Source: a candidate division FCPU426 bacterium
Lineage (GTDB): Bacteria; Oederibacteriota; JAAXVQ01; JAUVAV01
Assembly: GCA_030637655.1 (NCBI GenBank)
Contig: DAOWGI010000094.1
Coordinates: 1-52,784 of the forward strand
Reading direction: 5' to 3'
Length of the DNA stretch: 52,784 nt
Notes under the pieces: model-generated
Databases searched by the model: none
Seen by the model: the letters and a program-made list of their open reading frames with translations, nothing else
Told to the model about the DNA's origin: nothing
Program-made: the position numbers and the translations under genes
Shown: positions 39,197 to 48,005 of the stretch, one piece after another
Layout: the number at the start of each line of letters is the position of its first letter
Numbering within the stretch: position 1 is the stretch's first letter

Positions 39197-39883
39197 TCAA
39201 CACCTCTGCTTGTGTTTGGGCAAGAGATAACTCAGGGTAATCATCCAGTCGGAATTAGTAAAATACAAACCCGGAAATCTGTGGCCAGGCCGAAAATCAT
39301 GATGAAGATGTTCATTTAAAACCAGGGCAAACTTCCCGGTTTCCCAGGGGGCTAATACAGAAAAGGCGGAAAAAGAAAAACGTTTTTTAATAATCGGATA
39401 CAGGAGTTTGAAGACACTTTCTTTGGCGCAAAAAACCAATTTTTCCATCTGCGGGCGTCGTTCCCCCATTTTGGAAAGCCAGTTCATTTCATCCGCATTG
39501 GCAATAACCGCCATGGCTTCCGGACTAATTCTACGGGCTTGCGCTTCAATATCCAGCCCCAATGAAATAAATTTCTTATGCGCAGCCACTGCCGCGCAAT
39601 ACGCACCGCGAGTATGCGTAATGCTACCGCACACGCCATACGGCCACAGAGGTTCATCCTCTTGACCCCGCAACACCGGCTGGGCAGGAAGCTCCAATGC
39701 GGCCATGGCCTGACGCGCGCACCAGCGCCCGGTAGCAAACTCCTGCTGCCGTTGCTCACAAGCTGTTGCGATTGTTTTTTTTTCTTCCGGAAATAAAATA
39801 CTCGTGGTTTGCAGATCCTGGGTCCCTACAAAGTGAATCTCTCTTTCACTCAGCAGTTGGGCTAGATAGGGGAAAAAACTCAT
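39197..39883 (-). CDS. 4'-phosphopantetheinyl transferase (EntD/Sfp type)
   Basis: R..EF..GR.CA, P.WP.G..GSITH, GLDIE, FCAKES.FK. Confidence 0.92.
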   Translation of the reverse strand: MSFFPYLAQLLSEREIHFVGTQDLQTTSILFPEEKKTIATACEQRQQEFATGRWCARQAMAALELPAQPVLRGQEDEPLWPYGVCGSITHTRGAYCAAVAAHKKFISLGLDIEAQARRISPEAMAVIANADEMNWLSKMGERRPQMEKLVFCAKESVFKLLYPIIKKRFSFSAFSVLAPWETGKFALVLNEHLHHDFRPGHRFPGLYFTNSDWMITLSYLLPKHKQRC

Positions 39884-39886
39884 GCC

Positions 39887-40414
39887 TCAGTCCAAAAAGC
39901 AGACTTCACTGATAGCCACACTACATACTTTCCCGGCACACAGCACTTGGCCCACTACGGTTCCGAAATAGGTTTCATGTTCCAGTTTCTTGGCAATCAC
40001 CTGAACTTCTTTATCAGGACCAATGGGTTCCAAAAAGTGGGCGCCTAATATTTTAGTGGCTCTAACTTGGATGGGAGTTGCATTCTCTTGCACCACACTA
40101 CTCCGGTGAGTAAGAAAATGATATAAGCAGAGACCCAGCTGTCCGATCATTTCCAGTTGCAGAGAACCGGGATACACCGGCAGATCAGGAAAATGTCCCT
40201 GAAAAACCGGGTCCTGCGCAGATACTATACGCGATCCGAGAATAATTCCCTGCTCCAGATCCAGTCCTATGAGCTGATCCAGCAGTAAAAAGGGGTCACG
40301 ATGGGGTATGAGCTTTTTAATGTGTGTTTGGGAATAAACCAGGGACTCCGGTAAGGTTTCCAGGGTGGCAATCGCTTTTTTCCGGAAACCTTTTAGGATT
40401 TTCTCATATTCCAT
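39887..40414 (-). CDS. FabZ-like 3-hydroxyacyl-ACP dehydratase
   Basis: IPHRDPFLLLD and FQGHFP..PVYPG..QLE. Confidence 0.88.
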   Translation of the reverse strand: MEYEKILKGFRKKAIATLETLPESLVYSQTHIKKLIPHRDPFLLLDQLIGLDLEQGIILGSRIVSAQDPVFQGHFPDLPVYPGSLQLEMIGQLGLCLYHFLTHRSSVVQENATPIQVRATKILGAHFLEPIGPDKEVQVIAKKLEHETYFGTVVGQVLCAGKVCSVAISEVCFLD

Positions 40415-40419
40415 ACCGG

Positions 40420-41673
40420 CTATTTCAGCCCTTTCACAATAACATCTTCAATGATATTGCAGGCCTTATCCATCTCTTCCTTGGTCAATTGCGAAGACAC
40501 GGAAATCCGGAATCGCCGGGAATGGGCCGGCACAGCCGGAAAATCAACCGGCTGTAAGAACAAACCCCGTTTCTGAATCTCTGTAGCCATCTGAAATAAC
40601 TTTTCACCGGAAGAACCGATGATAATCGGTATGACCTGTGATTCTGTTTTACCCAAATCCAATTTTAGGTCCAAGAGATTTTTCTTAAGATAGGCTGTAT
40701 TCTCCCAGAGTTTGTCTCGCAGGCTTGAATCGCGAGTAGCCACTTCCAGGGATTTAAGCAAAGCTCCTACCATAACCGGCGATGGCGCGCAGGAAAAATG
40801 AAAGGGTGAAGAATAACATTTCATATAGCGAATCAAGCGGGCATTGGAGCAGACAAAACCGCCGACCACACCAAAGGATTTGCTGAAGGTGCCAAAGGAA
40901 ACTCCCATTTTGTCTTCCAAACCAAAGTGCTCAGCCACACCTTTACCATTGGGACCGAACATCAGAGTGGAATGTGCCTCATCAATATAAATAGCGGCCT
41001 GGTACTGATGACATAGTTCCAGGACTTCCGGCAGTTTCACCAGATCCCCGTCCATGGAATACACGCCTTCCACAGCCACCAAAGTACGTTTGCCTTTGCT
41101 CTTTTCGAGCATCTGGGCCAAGGAATCCATATCATTGTGCTGAAAAAAAAGCATCTTAGCGCCGGACAAGGTTCCGCCATCCACCAGGCTTTTATGACAT
41201 TTTTCATCCAGAATGAAAAAATCGCCTTTGCGCAAAATTCCCTGAATAGCTCCCATATTACCGGCCAGACCATTGGAGAACAACAAACAATCTTCCTGTT
41301 CTTTGAACTCCGCCAGTTTTTTTGCCAGCTTGATATGCAAATCAAAGGTGCCGGACAAGAGCGGCGCTCCAGAAGCGCCGGTACCGTATTTATCCAATGC
41401 TTCGTGAGCTGCCTGGATTACCTCAGGATGCGATGACAAACCAAGATAATTGTAGGATGTAAGGTTGATCATCTTTCTCTTTTGCTGATCCAGATTACTT
41501 TTAATTTCCGTGGTTGTACGAGGCATACACAGCAATTGCTGTTCAAAAAAGCTGAAGCAATAATTAATTCTCGGATTTTGCAGCCAGGCTTCAAAATCTT
41601 CCGGCGGTGCCAATACATCCGGATTATCATTGTACTGAAAATCCGCCAAGCTATAGTTTAAAATTTCGTCCAT
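40420..41673 (-). CDS. PLP-dependent alpha-oxoamine synthase (serine palmitoyltransferase-like)
   Basis: SYNYLGL, GASGAPLLSGT, H.SLVDG, EGVYSMDGD, DEAHS, GTFSKSFG (PLP lysine). Confidence 0.88.
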   Translation of the reverse strand: MDEILNYSLADFQYNDNPDVLAPPEDFEAWLQNPRINYCFSFFEQQLLCMPRTTTEIKSNLDQQKRKMINLTSYNYLGLSSHPEVIQAAHEALDKYGTGASGAPLLSGTFDLHIKLAKKLAEFKEQEDCLLFSNGLAGNMGAIQGILRKGDFFILDEKCHKSLVDGGTLSGAKMLFFQHNDMDSLAQMLEKSKGKRTLVAVEGVYSMDGDLVKLPEVLELCHQYQAAIYIDEAHSTLMFGPNGKGVAEHFGLEDKMGVSFGTFSKSFGVVGGFVCSNARLIRYMKCYSSPFHFSCAPSPVMVGALLKSLEVATRDSSLRDKLWENTAYLKKNLLDLKLDLGKTESQVIPIIIGSSGEKLFQMATEIQKRGLFLQPVDFPAVPAHSRRFRISVSSQLTKEEMDKACNIIEDVIVKGLK

Positions 41674-41692
41674 ACCTTCACCTTATAATAAT

Positions 41693-41789
41693 AGTAGGGG
41701 CGGGTTTTCAACCGAAGGAAATCCCATTCGTAGGGAACGGTCGCGACCGTTCCCTACATGCATTCCGATCGGGGAAACCCACCCCTACA
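41693..41789. repeat. Nested REP: GTAGGGGCGGGTTT...AAACCCACCCCTAC interrupted by a module carrying the GTAGGGAACGGTCGCGACCGTTCCCTAC REP
   Basis: Direct reading; the inner module is the reverse complement of that in 43761-43855. Confidence 0.8.
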
Positions 41790-41810
41790 AGATAATCATT
41801 TGAATTCTTT

Positions 41811-42068
41811 TTATTGGTTTGCTTCAGCCGACATGTTGGCTAAAAATTTGTCCGCCAATTCATCAATAGTTTTAATGTCTGCCAACTCTGAGCGGGGAAT
41901 CTTGATTTTCAGCTCACGCATAGAGCAGGAAACCACCTCAATGATATCCAAACTGTTGGCGCCGTAATCTTTCATCGATTTTTGCGGATCAATGTCTGAA
42001 TCCTGTAAATCTTCGAGATTTTCCAGAATATATTTCTTAACTACTGCGTAAATTTGTTCCTTGTCCAT
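41811..42068 (-). CDS. Acyl carrier protein, AcpK-like (beta-branch donor type)
   Basis: GANSLD attachment site and LKIKIPRSEL motif shared with AcpK-type donor ACPs. Confidence 0.9.
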   Translation of the reverse strand: MDKEQIYAVVKKYILENLEDLQDSDIDPQKSMKDYGANSLDIIEVVSCSMRELKIKIPRSELADIKTIDELADKFLANMSAEANQ

Positions 42069-42106
42069 TCATTTCTCCTTTTTAATATACCTAAGGGTAA
42101 TGTTTT

Positions 42107-42910
42107 TTATGATTTTTGTTTAGAAAAATATCGCATCATAAGATTATCTCGAAAAGGCATGCCTTTGTCTACAGTAATTATTTGTCCATTCATGGCATCC
42201 AACAATCCGCTGCAAAGCGCCAATACCGCTTTTCCGCACTCAGTGGGAGTCAGCACCATCTCTTCAGGAATACCCTGCTCCTTGATAAAAGTAAAAAACT
42301 CCTCACCAAAGATCTTGGCAAAGGAATCGGTCTTCACGGTTCCAAAACGGATAACATTGACCCGGCTTCCCTCGGCAAACAGATGCACAGAAAGATATTT
42401 TGAGAAAAACTCCAGCAAGGCCTTGGACGCTGCCACAAAATCATAACCCGGATAAAAATGGTCCGGTCCATCACTGGAAATACCGATCACATAGCCGGGA
42501 TAACTGCCAAAAAGCGCTTTGATTTTACGGGTATACTCAATCATGGGCCAAGTGCTGTATTCCAGGGTTTTAAAGAGGGACTTTTTCTTGTACTCATCCA
42601 GAGTCATAGTCCGCTGGGCGAATCCCACATTGCTGATAAAAACATCCACCTTTTTCTCTTGTTTGGCAATAGCAGCCAACAACTGGTCTGTGTCTTCAGC
42701 TTGAGAGACATCTGCTTCCAGGAGCACGGGCTTTTCCGCGGAAAGCGCGGTAAACCGGGCATTTAACTGATCCATATCCGCTGAGCCCCACTTGTAGGTT
42801 AGATACAGACGCGCGCCGGCCTGGGCAAATTGCAGAGCTGTGGCTAAGCCGATTCCCTGGGTACCCCCGGTGATTAAAACCACCTTGTCTTTCATATCAA
42901 TCGGAAACAT
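42107..42910 (-). CDS. SDR enoyl-ACP reductase (FabL/FabI-like)
   Basis: TGGTQGIG Rossmann motif; YDFVAASK (Yx6K) enoyl-reductase signature. Confidence 0.8.
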   Translation of the reverse strand: MFPIDMKDKVVLITGGTQGIGLATALQFAQAGARLYLTYKWGSADMDQLNARFTALSAEKPVLLEADVSQAEDTDQLLAAIAKQEKKVDVFISNVGFAQRTMTLDEYKKKSLFKTLEYSTWPMIEYTRKIKALFGSYPGYVIGISSDGPDHFYPGYDFVAASKALLEFFSKYLSVHLFAEGSRVNVIRFGTVKTDSFAKIFGEEFFTFIKEQGIPEEMVLTPTECGKAVLALCSGLLDAMNGQIITVDKGMPFRDNLMMRYFSKQKS

Positions 42911-42926
42911 TATCTATCCTTTTCTG

Positions 42927-42987
42927 GTGGGCGCGGTAACCGCGCCCCTACTTCCCGCCAAACGGGCGCACTCAGTGCGCCCCTACA
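42927..42987. repeat. Pair of GTAG-type REP palindromes
   Basis: GGGCGCGGTAACCGCGCCCCTAC and GGGCGCACTCAGTGCGCCCCTAC. Confidence 0.75.
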
Positions 42988-42994
42988 ATATTTT

Positions 42995-43744
42995 CTATTT
43001 ACCGTAATGTTCCTCAATGGTTTTCCGGGTTTCCGGAAAGCCAAAGCTCAGACGATGCATAAAGTCCTCCTGCACCCGGGCCGTAATCAACTGTTGCTTC
43101 TTTTTCGCGCTTAAGGCATGCTTCAAAAGACTGATGGATTTTACACTTTTTTCACTAATTTGCAAGGCAATATTTTCAGCCTTGGCCGGCACCTCGGCTT
43201 TAGGCACAATATAATTGATCTGTATGCCCTTTTCAGCCAGTTCTTTGCCTTTGTAGCATTTTCCAGTATACATCATCTCATTGGCAATAAAAGGGCCGAC
43301 CAGGTTGGCCAACAACTCAGTACAGCCTATGCCCGGAGTAAATCCCATATTCATAAAAACCACACCGTAGCGGCTTTCCCTGGCAGCCACCACCATATCC
43401 GAACAGACTGCCATGATCAGGCCGCCACCCACAGCATGCCCTTCCATGGCTGCAATAATCGGAAAAGGAGTGTTCACTATTCTTTCCGAGATCAGGAGAT
43501 CTTTCACATGAATTTTGCCGTCGCATAAATCCATTAGGTTCTGCTTGTCAGCACCGCCTGAGAAAACATCCGGCAGCCCGGACAAAATACACACTTTAGG
43601 ATTATGCTCGTTTTCCAATTTATCCAACCCGGCAATAACCGCGTCTACAAAATCATCGGAAAAGGTATTCTTGTGTTCCTCATCCTGCATCCGCAAATGC
43701 GCGATGCCATTGTTCAGAACCTCAATTTTTACAATGTCTTTCAT
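42995..43744 (-). CDS. Enoyl-CoA hydratase-fold decarboxylase ECH2 (PksI-like)
   Basis: Start MKDIVK; MQDEEHKNTFS, AMEGHAVGGG, FM.MGFTPG.G, G..YKG.EL. Confidence 0.88.
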   Translation of the reverse strand: MKDIVKIEVLNNGIAHLRMQDEEHKNTFSDDFVDAVIAGLDKLENEHNPKVCILSGLPDVFSGGADKQNLMDLCDGKIHVKDLLISERIVNTPFPIIAAMEGHAVGGGLIMAVCSDMVVAARESRYGVVFMNMGFTPGIGCTELLANLVGPFIANEMMYTGKCYKGKELAEKGIQINYIVPKAEVPAKAENIALQISEKSVKSISLLKHALSAKKKQQLITARVQEDFMHRLSFGFPETRKTIEEHYGK

Positions 43745-43760
43745 ATTTTCTCCCTCAAAT

Positions 43761-43855
43761 TGTAGGGAACGGTCCCCCGACTGGAATGCATGTAGGGAAC
43801 GGTCGCGACCGTTCCCTACGAATGGGATTTCCTTCGGTCGCGACCGTTCCCTACA
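43761..43855. repeat. Nested REP (REP within REP), overlapping the ECH1 stop codon
   Basis: GTAGGGAACGGTC [CCCGACTGGAATGCAT-REP-GAATGGGATTTCCTTCGGTC] GCGACCGTTCCCTAC. Confidence 0.8.
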
Positions 43856-44657
43856 ACACCACCGGTTTTTCCGGTTTAAATTTTCCAAACCAGGAAGGCA
43901 CTTCTCCCTCGTTAAATGCGCGGATGGCCTTCATGACTTCCGGATTTTGAATCATGTTCAGTAATTTTTCTTTGGCCAACCGGCTGCCGGTCTCCATTTT
44001 TTCTCCGAACAGCACATTGGTAAAGCGCTTGGTTTCAGCCAAAGCCTGTGGCGAGGCCCGGAAAAATTTCTTAATCATTCCTTTAATCATCCTTTCCATG
44101 CTCTCGGCCGGAACCACTTCATCCACCAGGTTCAATTGTTTGGCTTCTTCAGCGTTCAACTGCTTGGCGGTGAGTACCAGGTATCTTAATTTTTGCGGAG
44201 GCAGACGCAGAGAATAAATAAACGGCATGACATTGGCGGGAATCAATCCCAAAATTACTTCAGTCATTTCAAAAGTCGATTGTTCTGTGGCCACGATCAC
44301 ATCACAAGCACCGGCCAAACCCACTCCACCGGCTTTGACCGCTCCCTGCACTACGGCAATGACCGGTTGCGGAGCAGTATAGATACTGGTTAACACCTCT
44401 ACATACAGATCCACTGTTTTTTTCGCTGTTGACTCATCTTGCTCCAATGTTTGCAGAGCTTGCAAGTCCATACCCAGGCAGAATGGATTACCTTGCGAAC
44501 GTAAGACAATGACACGTATCTGCTCATCACTAACAGCTGCTTGCAAGGCCTGCTGCAAAGCCGACAAACTTTCCATATTTAATACATTGCCGGATTGGAT
44601 ATGGGATAGTGTAATAACTGCAACTTGCGAGTCTGTGTAGTGTTCTACCAAAGCCAT
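43851..44657 (-). CDS. Enoyl-CoA hydratase ECH1 (PksH-like HMG-ACP dehydratase)
   Basis: FCLGMD, AGGVGL..ACD, E...GLIPA.V; directly downstream of the HMG synthase. Confidence 0.88.
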   Translation of the reverse strand: MALVEHYTDSQVAVITLSHIQSGNVLNMESLSALQQALQAAVSDEQIRVIVLRSQGNPFCLGMDLQALQTLEQDESTAKKTVDLYVEVLTSIYTAPQPVIAVVQGAVKAGGVGLAGACDVIVATEQSTFEMTEVILGLIPANVMPFIYSLRLPPQKLRYLVLTAKQLNAEEAKQLNLVDEVVPAESMERMIKGMIKKFFRASPQALAETKRFTNVLFGEKMETGSRLAKEKLLNMIQNPEVMKAIRAFNEGEVPSWFGKFKPEKPVVL

Positions 44658-44660
44658 GGC

Positions 44661-45890
44661 TCAACTCCACTCGTAAGTACGGTAAAAATCCTTCACTTCT
44701 TTTAATACCAAATAGTGTTTGCCGGCATAGTGTTGAGCATACCAATTGCCCAGCAGAGAAAAATCAGGTGTGATGTCCGCTTGCTCAATACTCAGTTCAC
44801 GGATATTCTCGATCTTTTCATACTCAGCAAAAGAGACCTCTTTTCTTTGATTCAAAGCCTCATCGATCTTTAAGTTTTCAATAATGGCCTTGGCTTCCGG
44901 ACAAACCAGCGCACTGTAAAACTCACCTATAGCACCGGAGCCATAGGAGAAAAATCCAATCCGGTCTCCAGCCTGTAAATCTTTGGCACTTTTTAGCAAG
45001 CCGCATAATCCGACAAAATTACTGGCTCCATAGGTACTTCCCACCCGCGCGGCATAGCGGAGCGAGGGTAACACTTTTTGCTCAAAACTTTCCTTGATTT
45101 CCGTTTTTTTTCGGGACCGGGTAATATTACACAATAGCCGATGCGCCTGAAATGCCATACCCGGAAAAGGCATATGATAAATATTGTATTTAAAATAGTT
45201 ATCAAAATCTACAGGTTGCTCCACAACTTCCTGATAATGATTGTACGCGCCTTCCAAAGCATCCATATAACTGTAAAGACTGACCTCATTGTTCCCGGAT
45301 TCGTGCTTGGCTGTGGGCCGGAAGGTATCGTAAATACTGGTGGTCCAAAAGCCTTTTTTCTCCAATTCATACTCAACAATTTTAGGATTTTCACTCACCA
45401 AGATAGCTGCTGCCACCCCACCCAGTACAAATTCATGATCTTTATTAAAATGTTTGCGGGAAAAGTCCGTAGCAATAACCAGCGCTTTTTTGCCGCGGTT
45501 CAGATCGGAAGCCAGCCAGTTGACGGCCGTATCCAGACCGGCCACTCCGCTATAACAGGCATGCTTGGTCTCATAATTACGGACATTAGGCGGCAATCCC
45601 AGTGCTTTGTGAATATTGGTACTGATGGGTTTTCCGAAGTCAACCGATCCTTCGGTACCCACAATCAGCATACCAATGTCTTGCTTGTCTTCATCGGTAA
45701 GTATGGCCTGGGCCGCATTAGCTCCCATGGTGACATTATCCTCGTACGGAGGATTCAAAGAACGCGTATTGATCAGATAATCACACACCACCTGATCCGG
45801 ATCTTTTCCGCGAGCTCGAGCCAGATCCGCCTGCTGCATGCACAACGAACAACCATAGATGTTTATTTTTTCAATACCGATTTTTTTCAT
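44661..45890 (-). CDS. HMG-ACP synthase (PksG-like)
   Basis: Start MKKIGIEK; TEGSVDFGK (Glu), KHACYSG (Cys), YHMPF (His), FSYGSG; the DFGK.IST..H pattern is of the PKS HCS clade. Confidence 0.92.
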   Translation of the reverse strand: MKKIGIEKINIYGCSLCMQQADLARARGKDPDQVVCDYLINTRSLNPPYEDNVTMGANAAQAILTDEDKQDIGMLIVGTEGSVDFGKPISTNIHKALGLPPNVRNYETKHACYSGVAGLDTAVNWLASDLNRGKKALVIATDFSRKHFNKDHEFVLGGVAAAILVSENPKIVEYELEKKGFWTTSIYDTFRPTAKHESGNNEVSLYSYMDALEGAYNHYQEVVEQPVDFDNYFKYNIYHMPFPGMAFQAHRLLCNITRSRKKTEIKESFEQKVLPSLRYAARVGSTYGASNFVGLCGLLKSAKDLQAGDRIGFFSYGSGAIGEFYSALVCPEAKAIIENLKIDEALNQRKEVSFAEYEKIENIRELSIEQADITPDFSLLGNWYAQHYAGKHYLVLKEVKDFYRTYEWS

Positions 45891-45912
45891 GGTTATTTCC
45901 TTCATATCCATC

Positions 45913-45940
45913 GTAGGGGCGAGGTTACCTCGCCCGCACA
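45913..45940. repeat. GTAG-type REP palindrome
   Basis: GTAGGGGCGAGGTTACCTCGCCCGCAC. Confidence 0.75.
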
Positions 45941-45948
45941 ATTATATT

Positions 45949-46689
45949 TTACGGTGCGTAGGTCAACCCGCCGCTCACCCGAATCACTTCGCCGTTAATA
46001 AAATTAGCTTCCTCGGAAATTAAAAAATTCGCCAAATTGGCAATATCTTCAGCTGAACCGACCTTTTTTATCGGACAATGCTGTAACCAAAATTTATGCA
46101 AACTGTCTACCAGATTGTCTTTAGTCATATCCGTAGGAACATATCCCACAGTCACCACATTGGCAGTTATCCCCTTGGCGCCGTACTCTTTGGCAAGGGT
46201 TTGTGTCATTCCAATCAGGCCTGCCTTACTGGCGGCATAATTCACTTGGCCGCTGCAGCCTGTCTGAGCCAAAGATGAGATGTTGATTATTTTTCCCTTG
46301 CGGTTGGAAATAAAATGCATAAGCAATGTTCGAATCACGTAAAATGGTCCGGTCAGATTGGTGGCAATCACCTCATCCCACTCTTCATTGCTCATTAAAA
46401 CAGCCGCATTATTTTTCACCACAGCCGCATTGTTGACCACAGCTTGAATTTCTTCAAACTCATCAATTATGGTCCCAATCACAGACTCGACCTGTTCTGT
46501 TTTTTTAACATCCAGTAGATATGCTTTGACTGTGCGTTCCGGACATGCTGCCGCAACTTGCGCTATGGTCTCTTGCGCCGCTTGTTCATTGTTCGCGTAG
46601 GTAAAAGCAACATTGTGACCGCCAGCTGCCAAACGCTGCACCATGGCACGACCTATACCTCGTGAACCGCCTGTAATCAGTACATTCAT
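45949..46689 (-). CDS. 3-oxoacyl-ACP reductase (FabG-like)
   Basis: TGGSRGIG, NNA, GQVNYAASK. Confidence 0.9.
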   Translation of the reverse strand: MNVLITGGSRGIGRAMVQRLAAGGHNVAFTYANNEQAAQETIAQVAAACPERTVKAYLLDVKKTEQVESVIGTIIDEFEEIQAVVNNAAVVKNNAAVLMSNEEWDEVIATNLTGPFYVIRTLLMHFISNRKGKIINISSLAQTGCSGQVNYAASKAGLIGMTQTLAKEYGAKGITANVVTVGYVPTDMTKDNLVDSLHKFWLQHCPIKKVGSAEDIANLANFLISEEANFINGEVIRVSGGLTYAP

Positions 46690-46692
46690 GGC

Positions 46693-47988
46693 TTACTCCT
46701 CGTATTTTTTATACAATGCACAGCAATTCAGACCACCAAAACCAAAGGAATTTTTCAACATATATTTAACCACATGATCCCGCGCTTGATTGGCACACAC
46801 GTCCAATGTTATCACAGGATCAATTTCAGCAATGTTTATGGTGGGATGTAATTTATTATTCTGCATTTGGATAATACCGCCAATGGTTTCTACAATCGGC
46901 GCTGACCAGCACACATGTCCCAGCATAGACTTGGGCGCGTTGATTTTCAAATGCTTAGGAGAGGCGCCAAACACTTCGATAATGGCCCGAATCTCTTCCA
47001 AATCACCCAGCTGTGTGCCGGTAGCGTGGCAGTTAATATAATCAATAGCCTCAGGTTGGAGCTGCGCTTCCTGGAGCAACGCCCGAATCAAATAAGCCTG
47101 ACTTTCCGAGGATGGCGCAGGCAGATGGTTGGCATTGGCATTGGCTTTCACACCGACCAATTCAGCGTAAATTTTAGCGCCGCGTTTCTTGGCGGTTTCC
47201 AAATCTTCCAGGATCATAGTACCTGTGCCGTGCGCTGGAATAAAACCACAGCGTTTGGTATCAAAGGGCCGCGAGGCAGCTTCCGGATTGTCCTGGTACT
47301 CGGGTTTAACCACCACAGAATCCAAAAATGCCATGGCATGAATATCCGCCGCCGTCATATTAAAAATAGCTCCACAGATCACCGAACGATCACAATCCCC
47401 GGAAAGAATATCACGCCTGCCATCACGCAAGGCAATATTACCGCTCGCGCAGGCAGCGCCCAGAGTAAAGGTCGGACCGCGTAATCCTAATATTTCCGAA
47501 ACTGTTGCCGCAATATTCGAATCCAGGGCTTCCACGCCAAACAGCGGTTCAATGTACAGCGGTTCTTCTTCAAATTGTTCTGTGTTTTTCGTGATGTATT
47601 GCGAATTAAAATTATGTCCGCCCACCAGAACACTGGTACGAAAAGGATCACCGGTTTTCCCAAACAGCTCCGCATCCGCATAGGCTTGCAGAGCGCACAA
47701 AAGATTCATCTTGTTGGAAAAGGTGGCATTTTTAAATATTTTTCTGGTTTTTTTAAATATTTCCGGAGGCAGCTTAGCGCTTAAGCGCTCCAAGGCCGCT
47801 TTACAATCATAATCCCCCAGATCACCGCCTATTTTACACTCTACTTGTGACATGTCCAGAGAGGTCCAGCGTTTGATCCCGGACTTGCCCTGGATCAAAT
47901 TGGCATAGTATTCCTCCAAGGTGTCTCCCAGTGGATTAATGGTGGCCATACCTGTAATCACAACGCGTTTATTTGCTTTCTGATTCAT
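46693..47988 (-). CDS. Ketosynthase, PksF-like context but with active-site Cys retained
   Basis: FTLGAACASG, NCHATGT, KSMLGH, NSFGFGG. Confidence 0.88.
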   Translation of the reverse strand: MNQKANKRVVITGMATINPLGDTLEEYYANLIQGKSGIKRWTSLDMSQVECKIGGDLGDYDCKAALERLSAKLPPEIFKKTRKIFKNATFSNKMNLLCALQAYADAELFGKTGDPFRTSVLVGGHNFNSQYITKNTEQFEEEPLYIEPLFGVEALDSNIAATVSEILGLRGPTFTLGAACASGNIALRDGRRDILSGDCDRSVICGAIFNMTAADIHAMAFLDSVVVKPEYQDNPEAASRPFDTKRCGFIPAHGTGTMILEDLETAKKRGAKIYAELVGVKANANANHLPAPSSESQAYLIRALLQEAQLQPEAIDYINCHATGTQLGDLEEIRAIIEVFGASPKHLKINAPKSMLGHVCWSAPIVETIGGIIQMQNNKLHPTINIAEIDPVITLDVCANQARDHVVKYMLKNSFGFGGLNCCALYKKYEE

Positions 47989-48005
47989 AAGTTATATTCG
48001 TATCC

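Noticed and set aside
40420-41673. bioF of a biotin operon
   Set aside because: No bioA/B/C/D/H nearby; embedded between ACP and FabZ
43745-43888. N-terminal extensions of ECH2 (to 43888) and HCS (to 45941) in the ORF track
   Set aside because: They are translations of REP elements; downstream ATGs with RBS at 43744 and 45890 are better starts
44661-45890. Mevalonate-pathway HMG-CoA synthase (mvaS)
   Set aside because: No HMG-CoA reductase or mevalonate kinases nearby; motifs and ECH/ACP neighbours fit the PksG type
45141-45998. 285-aa plus-strand ORF and other long antisense ORFs (e.g. 46915-47484, 26021-26530)
   Set aside because: Shadows of well-supported minus-strand genes with no motifs
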